Shown: piece by piece, positions 46,790 through 55,178 of the stretch
How positions within the stretch are numbered: position 1 is the first letter of the stretch
Layout: the number at the start of each line of letters is the position of its first letter
NCBI GenBank assembly: GCA_050950145.1
Contig: JBMNHB010000001.1
Coordinates: 140,266 to 204,265 of the forward strand
Direction of reading: 5' to 3'
DNA: 64,000 nt
Source: Candidatus Dojkabacteria bacterium
GTDB lineage: Bacteria; Patescibacteriota; Dojkabacteria; SC72
Position numbers and translations under genes: made by a program
The notes under the pieces: generated by a model
The model's database searches: none
The model's input: only the letters and a program-made list of their open reading frames with translations
What the model was told of the DNA's origin: nothing

Positions 46790-47672
46790 ACATGAAAGCT
46801 AATGTCTTCTCCTCTAACTCTTTGTAATCTTTTATGTAATTTACTTTCATATTTCTTCTAAACCAAGTTCTCTGTCTTTTTGCATATTGATTAGTATGAG
46901 TAATAATATCTCCTTTAACTTCTTCTAAACTTTTTTCTTTTTCAAAATATTTATCAAACTCCTGATATCCAATGGTTTGTAGTGCAGGATATCTCTCTAA
47001 ATTATTTTCTCTAACCATAATATTCTCTTCAAGTAAGCCACTCTCAAACATTTTATTTACTCTCTTACTAATTCTTTCTTTTAGTATCTCTCTATCAATA
47101 TCTAAAAAGAAATACAGATGATTTAGTTCTTCATCTTTTTCTATACTTGGAAGACCTGATTTAATAATCTTTTGTAATCTTCTTGGATTATTCCTATCAC
47201 TTTCATTTAACTTTTCTAAAATTTCTTTACCTATCTCTTTCTGTAATTCCTTAATATCTTCTGTAATTAATTCTGTATCTCTATATTTACCATCCTTTTC
47301 TTCCTTCTCTAATTTGTAGTTGAATACAACCGAATCTATATACAATCCTGTTCCACCAACAAGTATTGCTACTTTATCCTTAGGTAAATTCTTTAGTAAT
47401 GCAAATACATCTTTTTGATATCTATATAGATTGTATTTCTCTTTTACAGAGACATATGAAAAAAGATAGTGTGGAATATTATCAATATACCAAACATCAT
47501 TCTCTGTTCTATCAGGTACAGGCTTTGCTGTTCCAATAGAGATCTCTTTGTATACCTGTCTTGAATCTGCATTGATAATTACACCATTGATTCTTTTTGC
47601 AAGTTTAAGAGCAATGTCTGATTTACCTGATGCAGTACAACCTGAGATTACAATAATTGGAGAATTAATCAT
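46776..47672 (-). CDS. miaA: tRNA dimethylallyltransferase
   Basis: P-loop ISGCTASGKSDIAL, DSRQVY and IGTAKP motifs. Confidence 0.9.
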   Translation of the reverse strand: MINSPIIVISGCTASGKSDIALKLAKRINGVIINADSRQVYKEISIGTAKPVPDRTENDVWYIDNIPHYLFSYVSVKEKYNLYRYQKDVFALLKNLPKDKVAILVGGTGLYIDSVVFNYKLEKEEKDGKYRDTELITEDIKELQKEIGKEILEKLNESDRNNPRRLQKIIKSGLPSIEKDEELNHLYFFLDIDREILKERISKRVNKMFESGLLEENIMVRENNLERYPALQTIGYQEFDKYFEKEKSLEEVKGDIITHTNQYAKRQRTWFRRNMKVNYIKDYKELEEKTLAFMSKNR

Positions 47673-48183
47673 TTCTGAAAAATAATTTTACTAATCCAAA
47701 ATTCACCCATGTCATTACAATTGTAACTATTCCTGTTAGTAGTAGGAATGTAAATGCTTCACCACTTAGAAAGATTAGGAATGAAGCAAAGAGTAAAACA
47801 ATGAATATGGATATTTGAAGTGAATCTTTTAGAAATTCTTTTCTAAGAGCTTGCATATCTGGATTCTTTTGCATTCTGTGTGCATTGTAGAAACCGACAG
47901 ACATTCCAATATGTATAAGATTAACTGTAAGAACAATTATTGGTGTTAGTAGATATATATAACTAATTACAATTTTAAGTAGTAAGTTTGCAACGAGAAA
48001 AGCTAAAAGTGTGAGTAGGGCGGATAGTAAGAAAGAAGTTGTTGTAAGACCTATGAACTTTTTACTTCTTGTTAAATACCAAACAGCAAGTAATATTACT
48101 GCTAGGATAAGGAGGAACATAATCGAAAGAGCTACTATCTGATATATACTCCAATTATTTATTACATGTTTAAACATTTCCAT
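47665..48183 (-). CDS. Hypothetical membrane protein (4-5 TM)
   Basis: Hydrophobic 172-aa ORF translationally coupled to its upstream and downstream genes. Confidence 0.4.
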   Translation of the reverse strand: MEMFKHVINNWSIYQIVALSIMFLLILAVILLAVWYLTRSKKFIGLTTTSFLLSALLTLLAFLVANLLLKIVISYIYLLTPIIVLTVNLIHIGMSVGFYNAHRMQKNPDMQALRKEFLKDSLQISIFIVLLFASFLIFLSGEAFTFLLLTGIVTIVMTWVNFGLVKLFFRND

Positions 48184-48185
48184 AA

Positions 48186-49445
48186 TTATATCTTCTTAAC
48201 ATTATCTATATACCAATTAGAAAAGAGTAGAGATACTTTTGCTAAAGCTATCAAAGCAATCATTCCCTTTGCAAATATCATCATTAGACTGGTACCTAAC
48301 AATGAAACAATTCCTAGAACTATAATAGTGGTAACAATTAAAAATATTTCGGAATCTCTGTTCTCTGCTATCGCTCTTACAAATATCATGGTTAAGATAA
48401 ATTGAATTGCTAGCAAGAATGTATCAACAGGGATATGTGTAAGCTTTAAGTATGCAAGATATATTACTATTGTTAATCCTGTTGCGAAGAAAGATCTTAG
48501 TAAACTTTCCTTTGTAGAATGTTTGAAAAGTAAAAGGTAAACATATGAGGTTACCAATGCAATTACTAAACCGATACTTACTTTTATGTAATCTGGAGAA
48601 ATGATATCTGGTTCTCTATCTGTTTCACTTTCATGATTAAAATTTGGTTCAATATGACCTGAGTTGTAAAGTAAGCTAGTTACTTTTGCCTCTTCCTCTG
48701 TTTCTGCATAGACCCCAAGTGTAATGGTTTGTTGAGCTGTTGTTCCTTCTGGTATCTCTTGTACTTCAAATGGAGTAACAAAGAAATCTATTTCAACTCC
48801 CATATATTCAGATTCATGTTCTTTTAAGAATTTTGTAAATTCTCTCTGTTTGTTTGGCCATGGTTTAAATACAGCGAAGTATCTATAACTACCGTCAGTT
48901 GTTCTAAATTTGTTTTTTGGTATATATACTGTTCTAAAATCACTGTAATCCCAATCTGTAGGATCATAGTTACTCCCAAAAATAACTACATATGGATCAT
49001 CTTCTTTATCAAAATCTACATCCTCTTTTCTAGTTACAATTTTGTATGAATGTCTACTGGTTGCTAACTGAGAAATTAATTTCGGATCTTTTGTAGTATT
49101 TACAATTATTCTTATTCGTGAAGATTCGTCATTTTCACTTTCTGTGTATATCGCAACTCTTTCTACCCCGAAGTTTCTTAATCTCCTGTAAATAATTTCT
49201 TTTACTTTTTGCAATTCTTTTTTATCTGTAGTACCAACAGATGCTACATATTCTTTAGACCAGTATTGTGAATCTTTAGTATTAAGGTTAAATGTAACCT
49301 TTTCAGAGACTTTTTCTGTTAAGGGAAGTGCTATTAGTGTTAAGGTAATTATTATCGCTGTTACTAATATGAGTAGTAAATACTTAAGGATTGGTTTGAA
49401 ATTTAATTTGTTTTTAAATTTGATTTTTTTGAATCTAATTTTCAT
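48186..49445 (-). CDS. Membrane protein with an FtsX/MacB-like topology (TM1, large extracytoplasmic domain, 3 C-terminal TMs)
   Basis: Topology inferred from hydrophobicity; no ATPase partner is adjacent. Confidence 0.35.
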   Translation of the reverse strand: MKIRFKKIKFKNKLNFKPILKYLLLILVTAIIITLTLIALPLTEKVSEKVTFNLNTKDSQYWSKEYVASVGTTDKKELQKVKEIIYRRLRNFGVERVAIYTESENDESSRIRIIVNTTKDPKLISQLATSRHSYKIVTRKEDVDFDKEDDPYVVIFGSNYDPTDWDYSDFRTVYIPKNKFRTTDGSYRYFAVFKPWPNKQREFTKFLKEHESEYMGVEIDFFVTPFEVQEIPEGTTAQQTITLGVYAETEEEAKVTSLLYNSGHIEPNFNHESETDREPDIISPDYIKVSIGLVIALVTSYVYLLLFKHSTKESLLRSFFATGLTIVIYLAYLKLTHIPVDTFLLAIQFILTMIFVRAIAENRDSEIFLIVTTIIVLGIVSLLGTSLMMIFAKGMIALIALAKVSLLFSNWYIDNVKKI

Positions 49446-49447
49446 GG

Positions 49448-50020
49448 TTATAGTAGGTCGGATATCTGGCCGAATATGACAAGTTTATCGTGTTCTAAAA
49501 TATTCATCAAGAAGGGTTCTTTCTTTTTTCTTGCAAAGTCAAAATCTTCTTTTGTTATTGCACTAATTCTAATCTGTCTGCCTAATATTTTTTCCAACTC
49601 TGTTATTGCAGTTGCTAAGTCGTTAACTCTCATGGTTCCGATGAAAAGAAAGTCTACATCTGTTTGGTGTTCATATTTCTTTTTAATGAAACTATTTGTT
49701 AGCACAACAACACTAACACCTTCAACTTTTTTAGCTACATCTATAATTGCTTTTCCAACTTCAGATTCCTTATAAAAGATAGCTCTTAAATCCCAGAGAA
49801 TAGAATTATCTTTATTTACTCTATAAACAACTTTGTTTCCTTCCTTTTTTGATTTTAAAATACCAGCACTTTCTAAATTCATTAACTCTCTTCTTACCGC
49901 ATTAATCTCTTCATTAAGGATTCTAACTAATTCTCTAACATGATGTGCTGCATCTAAATTAGAAAGGAATACCTCTAATACACTAATCCTAACTTTAGAT
50001 ATGAAAAGTTTTTTTAGCAT
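49448..50020 (-). CDS. Winged-helix regulator fused to a minimal nucleotidyltransferase-like domain
   Basis: N-terminal wHTH (ISVLEVFLSN...HVRELVRILNEEINAVRRELMNLESAGIL) and a TDVDFLFIG nucleotidyltransferase-like motif. Confidence 0.5.
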   Translation of the reverse strand: MLKKLFISKVRISVLEVFLSNLDAAHHVRELVRILNEEINAVRRELMNLESAGILKSKKEGNKVVYRVNKDNSILWDLRAIFYKESEVGKAIIDVAKKVEGVSVVVLTNSFIKKKYEHQTDVDFLFIGTMRVNDLATAITELEKILGRQIRISAITKEDFDFARKKKEPFLMNILEHDKLVIFGQISDLL

Positions 50021-50041
50021 TACTGCCCAATCTGCTTAATA

Positions 50042-51349
50042 TTATTGCTCAATTATATCAAATTTTCCGTCAGAAGTGGGGATGGCAGCAATCCATATTC
50101 TTCCTCGGTTAAATTTAATAGGTTTCCCAGTAGAATCATAGAACATTGTTCGTTCTGTTCTTGATGTCTTTTTCCATTTACCATTAATAATCTTCCCATC
50201 TTGTAGTATGGTTGCTTCTCCTTCTCCCTCTGTTGGAATTACAACTCTTGCAGTTCCATCTGAAGATGCATACATTTTTACTTTTTGTATTACAACATTT
50301 TTTGCACTAACTTGGGTTCCTGTTTCTTGGTCAACATCAATAGCTCCTCCAATTTTTCTAAAGTATGAATTAGTCTGTGGATCATATGTCCATATGGCAT
50401 CATACGCTCCTCTATTATTTAATCTCATATGAAAGACTGTCTTTACAACTGTCTTTGTTCCTCTCTCTTTTACATCTGTATCATTTTTGAATTCAAATGA
50501 TTTAATGGTACTGGGGAATGCATCCCAACCTTTCTTCTTTGCATAATCCCATGCATTAGTTATTGAATTATATTCGTTATGTGGGGAGAACCTTCTTCCA
50601 TCATTCCATCTCCAAGCACCAATTGTACTAAGGTCTTTGATTCCATACGCATATACATTACCACAAGCGTTTGCCTTTGGATCAGTACTCTCTGCACATC
50701 CATCTCTAATTAGTAATGGATCATATTCACTAGCCCACTCAAGATAGTATTGTCTAAGACTTCTAACAGGTCCAACTTTAGCAGGTGCACTGCTCCAAAA
50801 GATTCCCAAGTATCTTGTAATTCCACCCTCTGCATTTGTTTCGTAAACTATATCAGCACTGGTTAGTCCAGATTGAGGTCTAGCTGCAGAGTGATTATTA
50901 ATCATTACAGCTACAGGTCTTCTTCTTTTCATTACATCCATTTCTTTTTTAGTAAAAAGTAAACCATTTAATGGACTTACTTCTGTTTTTGGTTCTTTTG
51001 GTTCTGAAAGAAGAGGAAATTTAAATTTAAAAGGTGAAATACTATCTTCTGATGATATATAGTTCTCTTTAAATAGTGCTACCTCCGAAGGATGTACAGG
51101 TCTTAATCTATATATTGCAAAGTAGTAGAAAAGAGCAATTCCTATTAGGGTTAATATTGCAATAGTAGGGAAGATTAATTTTTTAAGTAATTCTTTTTTC
51201 TTATTAACAACAGTTTCTTCTTTCTTAACTTCTGGTTTTGCTATTATTTCTTTTTCTTTTGGTGTTTCTTCTGCATTTGTAACAGGAGTGTTTTCCTTGT
51301 TCTCTACAGGTACTTCTTTTCCATTTGATATTTCTACTACCTTTGCCAT
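50042..51349 (-). CDS. DUF3048 domain protein (YerB-like) with an N-terminal membrane anchor
   Basis: RPVAVMINNHSAARPQSGLTSADIVYETNAEGGITRYLGIF matches the DUF3048 core. Confidence 0.65.
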   Translation of the reverse strand: MAKVVEISNGKEVPVENKENTPVTNAEETPKEKEIIAKPEVKKEETVVNKKKELLKKLIFPTIAILTLIGIALFYYFAIYRLRPVHPSEVALFKENYISSEDSISPFKFKFPLLSEPKEPKTEVSPLNGLLFTKKEMDVMKRRRPVAVMINNHSAARPQSGLTSADIVYETNAEGGITRYLGIFWSSAPAKVGPVRSLRQYYLEWASEYDPLLIRDGCAESTDPKANACGNVYAYGIKDLSTIGAWRWNDGRRFSPHNEYNSITNAWDYAKKKGWDAFPSTIKSFEFKNDTDVKERGTKTVVKTVFHMRLNNRGAYDAIWTYDPQTNSYFRKIGGAIDVDQETGTQVSAKNVVIQKVKMYASSDGTARVVIPTEGEGEATILQDGKIINGKWKKTSRTERTMFYDSTGKPIKFNRGRIWIAAIPTSDGKFDIIEQ

Positions 51350-51437
51350 TGTAGATATATAGTAGCATAAAATACATCTATTTCAATATCTTCAATACTA
51401 TGTTACTATTTACTATTAAAATATCAGGGGTAAAGAT

Positions 51438-52469
51438 ATGAAAAAATCGTTAGTTTACTTTCTAATCCTTTTACTTTTAGTAGGTGGGTTAGTTACATAT
51501 ATTGTTTTAAGGAACAAGAATAAAGAAGGAGGGGATATAGAAAAGCAAGATTCAAAGAAAGAATCAGTTGTTGAAACTGTTGGAAAGGATAATGAAAAGG
51601 ATAAGGAAGAGGATGATAAAGAGATTATTAAAAAGACGACATCTAAAAAAGAGAGTGATACAGATTTCTCAACATATTCTTCTAAGAAACAGGAGGTTGG
51701 TGTGGTTGTAGAGGATGATATGTTTACATTAGAAAAGATTGTAGATACAGAGAGGGATGGATATCATGAATTTGTGTTTTCATTAAAAGGTCCGAGTAAA
51801 CCACATGCTGTTGCATATTACAGTGCCAGTTCAGGTGTGATTAAAGTTGAATTGTCTAATGTTGAGGAGGATAAAAGCGGGATTAAATATCAAGGAGAAA
51901 GAACAATTAACAAAGAAGGTGTAATTAGGTTGTATCATAATGTGTCTGGTTCTCAGAAGAAGAGTTTCTATGATATTGGATTATCACAGAGTACTGTATT
52001 TAAGCTTGATGTAGAAGAGTCTAGTGATGAGAAGTGGGATATTACATTGAATGTGAAATATCCAGGAGAAAAAGAAAGCTTAGGGAATCTTGGTAGTACA
52101 GAGTTTTCATCCAAAGAACAGACAATCACAGGAGTTGGAGCTGAGAAGAAAGCATCTATTAATTCCTTTGAATACGGTGCATCTGGTGGTGTATTGAAGT
52201 TTGTATTAGGTGTGTCTGCAGAAGGAGACAATCCAATACCATCAGCAACAGCTAAGTACAATGATGATGGAGATTTAGTAGTTACATTTGATAGCTTAAG
52301 TTTGGATAGGGTTGGTGGTTCATCTAAGACATATGATCTTCCTCTAGGTATTACTCTAAATACATCTAGGAGTGGTTCTACTTCTGTGTTTACATTTGTA
52401 GATGCAGGGTCTGAGTATAGATTGAGTGCAAGCTTAAGTCCTAATCAGGTGATAATAGAGATTAAGTAA
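51438..52469 (+). CDS. Hypothetical membrane-anchored or secreted protein
   Basis: N-terminal TM followed by a hydrophilic 300-aa region; no motif recognized. Confidence 0.4.
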   Translation: MKKSLVYFLILLLLVGGLVTYIVLRNKNKEGGDIEKQDSKKESVVETVGKDNEKDKEEDDKEIIKKTTSKKESDTDFSTYSSKKQEVGVVVEDDMFTLEKIVDTERDGYHEFVFSLKGPSKPHAVAYYSASSGVIKVELSNVEEDKSGIKYQGERTINKEGVIRLYHNVSGSQKKSFYDIGLSQSTVFKLDVEESSDEKWDITLNVKYPGEKESLGNLGSTEFSSKEQTITGVGAEKKASINSFEYGASGGVLKFVLGVSAEGDNPIPSATAKYNDDGDLVVTFDSLSLDRVGGSSKTYDLPLGITLNTSRSGSTSVFTFVDAGSEYRLSASLSPNQVIIEIK

Positions 52470-52472
52470 GAG

Positions 52473-52775
52473 TTATTTTTTGTTTCTCTTTCTTACAAAA
52501 GATATCTGTAGATCTCTATCTACACTGTTGGCAATTTGTACTAGTTTGTAAATAGAGATGTTTCTTTGTCCATTCTCTACTTTACTAATTGTTGTTCTAG
52601 GTATTCCACTTTTCACAGCTAGTTCTTCCTGTGTTAAACCTAGTTCATTGCGTAGGTCTCTTAAGGCTTCTATAGCTAGTTTGTCCTCAACCCTTTTGTC
52701 CATTTCTTCAATCTCTCTTTCTGTCATATATTTTTTTTGTACTTCTCTCCAAGGGATAAGTTTTGTTTTTCTCAT
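52473..52775 (-). CDS. higA: HTH-XRE antitoxin (HigA-like)
   Basis: LRDLRNELGLTQEELAVKSGIPRTTISKVENGQRNISIYKL is an XRE helix-turn-helix. It lies 4 nt downstream of the toxin gene. Confidence 0.7.
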   Translation of the reverse strand: MRKTKLIPWREVQKKYMTEREIEEMDKRVEDKLAIEALRDLRNELGLTQEELAVKSGIPRTTISKVENGQRNISIYKLVQIANSVDRDLQISFVRKRNKK

Positions 52776-52779
52776 ATTT

Positions 52780-53106
52780 TTATAATCTAATATTATTTTT
52801 TCTTTTAAGTGCTTTTTGTATTTCTTTCAAAGGTGTTCTTTGTGTCTTCTTTCTAAATGCAGAAAGAATTATTACAAAATTGTTGTAATAGCAGTAAATA
52901 ATTCTATATATTCCATCTACAATTATTCTAATTTCAAAAAGATCATATCCTTCTAGTTTCTTAGAATCAGGGTATTCAAGATATCCTTTCTGCTCAAACT
53001 CTGTTATTAATTCCCAATATCTTTTTCTAACAAGATTTGGTAATAAGTCTATCTCTTCCTCGGCTTGTTCTAGAATATATATTTCTTTCTTTAAAGATTG
53101 TGTCAT
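52780..53106 (-). CDS. higB: RelE/ParE-superfamily toxin, HigB/Gp49-like (DUF891)
   Basis: 108 aa; FEIRI...GIYRIIYCY...FVIILSAFRKKTQRTPLKEIQKA matches the Gp49-like toxin pattern, with the toxin-upstream arrangement. Confidence 0.6.
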   Translation of the reverse strand: MTQSLKKEIYILEQAEEEIDLLPNLVRKRYWELITEFEQKGYLEYPDSKKLEGYDLFEIRIIVDGIYRIIYCYYNNFVIILSAFRKKTQRTPLKEIQKALKRKNNIRL

Positions 53107-53213
53107 ATATGCAACAATATGTCAAATTATTTATATTCTAATATTCAAAAATTAAATGTAGATTAAATATGTTTTGGTATATAATTGGGGAATAATTTTT
53201 CTATACAACAAAG

Positions 53214-53795
53214 ATGATTAGTAGAGATAGGGTAGTAGAATTAATGGATAAATATATTTCAACACCTTGGCTTAAAATGCATATGAGGGAGAGTGAACAG
53301 ATTATGAGAGCCTTAGCTAAGCATTTTAATGAGGATGAAGATTTATGGGGATTAACAGGTCTTCTACATGATATTGATTATGATTATGTTGATAAGGATC
53401 CAGAGAGACATGTTGTTGAGTTTGATAAAATATTGGAGATGGAAGGATTAGTTAGAGGTGAAGACATTCTAGAAGATATGTATCATGCTATTAAAGCACA
53501 TTATGATGATCATCCTAAAATTGAACAAAAAAGAGAGAGTAGATTAGATTATGCACTTTCTGCATCTGAAAATTTATCTGGATTTCTAGTAGCATGTGCC
53601 TTGGTACAACCTAACAAGAAAATATCAGAGGTTACTACTGAGAGTGTTTTGAAAAAATTAAAGAAGAAAGATTTTGCAAAGGCTGTTAGAAGAGATCTAA
53701 TATATGATATTGAAAAGGCAGGTATATCTTTGGAAGAGTTTATACAGATAGCTTTAGAGTCTCTTAATGAAATTAGTGATGAGATTGGGTTATAA
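53214..53795 (+). CDS. HD-domain phosphohydrolase
   Basis: H..LLHDIDYD metal-binding motif; 193 aa. Confidence 0.7.
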   Translation: MISRDRVVELMDKYISTPWLKMHMRESEQIMRALAKHFNEDEDLWGLTGLLHDIDYDYVDKDPERHVVEFDKILEMEGLVRGEDILEDMYHAIKAHYDDHPKIEQKRESRLDYALSASENLSGFLVACALVQPNKKISEVTTESVLKKLKKKDFAKAVRRDLIYDIEKAGISLEEFIQIALESLNEISDEIGL

Positions 53796-53804
53796 TACTT
53801 CTAT

Positions 53805-53878
53805 CGGGGTGTAGTTCAGATGGCTAGAACGCTTGTATGGGGTACAAGAGGTCGCTCGTTCAAGTCGAGTCACCCCGA
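53805..53878 (+). tRNA. tRNA-Pro (anticodon GGG), no encoded CCA
   Basis: Manual cloverleaf: acceptor CGGGGTG/CACCCCG, D-stem GTTC/GAAC, anticodon stem CTTGT/ACAAG with loop ATGGGGT (GGG anticodon, G37), T-arm GCTCG-TTCAAGT-CGAGT, discriminator A. Confidence 0.8.
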
Positions 53879-54150
53879 TTTGACAAGATAGAAAATCTAT
53901 GTAGAATGTTATCTGTTTACCTAATACTTTAGAAAATGAATAATACTGAAAAGAAGAATAATAAATATATATTAGCTTATTCCCTGTTATTCTTAATTCC
54001 TTTGTTAGTACTTTTTATTAAAGGGTAATAGTTTTTCAAAAAGGGTTTGTTTTTTTCCTCAATCTATGCGATATTGTATGGATATTAGTTAACTGTCCGT
54101 ATAATAGAGTTTTTTGTTTAGATTAATAAATTAATTGTTATTCTTTAATA

Positions 54151-55176
54151 ATGGAAACAGAATCATTTCATCAAGATGAGGCAACAGAACCTACTCAGAT
54201 TGATAGCTCAAGATTAGATATGCAAAACTCTTATGAAGTACCTGTTAATGACTCTAGAGAATTGCATGAACCTCAACTAAACCCTAGAAATCTTCAATAT
54301 GAATATGTGGGGGATGTTGCTGGAGAACCTGTTTTTACTTCATATGCTGTCCAATTTCCTTTGAATCCAAATCCTAAATATCTGGAAGGATTGGGAAAGA
54401 TCAAAGAGAGTGATTCTTCATTTACTCGTTATACAAAGCTCATATTGATGGCAGGGACGGACAGAGCATTGATTGATTTGATAATAAACGGTATTTCCAC
54501 AGGCTTATCCCATGGAACAATGGATGTGATTTATAGAGTAGGTGTAGGAGAAAAAGTTGATACTGTATTAGATAATTTTGATATTGCAATAGGTTCTTTA
54601 CAAAGGAGGGTTATAGTCTCAGATATTATAGCAAAAAAGATTATGGAGACAGATTCGGATAGTATAATATCCATAGCTGGTGGAAGTTGTTTATTACCAA
54701 TTGAAGGGATTTATCAGTCAGGTAAAGAAGGTATGGTCATCACTAATATTGATAGATCAGATAAGGCAAATGAAAAAGCAGAGAAAACACTAAAAGATAT
54801 TAATAACAAGAGGAATCTTGGGTTATCTCTTAAGTCTGTTCAGAGGGATATACTAAAAAACGGTCTTCAGGTTCTTACCAGTGAAGAAGAACCAGAGATA
54901 ATTGAATGTACAGGATTTTGGGAGTACCTGAATAATGAACAACGAGAATCTTTATTAAGAAATATATCAGAAGGTGTTCAATCAAAAGATTCTTTCATAT
55001 TGACTGTATTAACAGATAATCCCCAACAGCACATTTTCGATGCTGTTAGATTTAAGAAATTATCATCTACAAAATTGGAAGATTTAATTCCGTTAGTAAA
55101 GAAATATCTTGGTAATATTGAAAGAGTTATAATAACACCAAATAATACATATGCGACTTTAGTTATTAAAAAATAG
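54151..55176 (+). CDS. Hypothetical protein (341 aa), co-oriented with the histidine kinase and 2 nt upstream of it
   Basis: ORF with no recognizable motif. Confidence 0.4.
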   Translation: METESFHQDEATEPTQIDSSRLDMQNSYEVPVNDSRELHEPQLNPRNLQYEYVGDVAGEPVFTSYAVQFPLNPNPKYLEGLGKIKESDSSFTRYTKLILMAGTDRALIDLIINGISTGLSHGTMDVIYRVGVGEKVDTVLDNFDIAIGSLQRRVIVSDIIAKKIMETDSDSIISIAGGSCLLPIEGIYQSGKEGMVITNIDRSDKANEKAEKTLKDINNKRNLGLSLKSVQRDILKNGLQVLTSEEEPEIIECTGFWEYLNNEQRESLLRNISEGVQSKDSFILTVLTDNPQQHIFDAVRFKKLSSTKLEDLIPLVKKYLGNIERVIITPNNTYATLVIKK

Positions 55177-55178
55177 GA

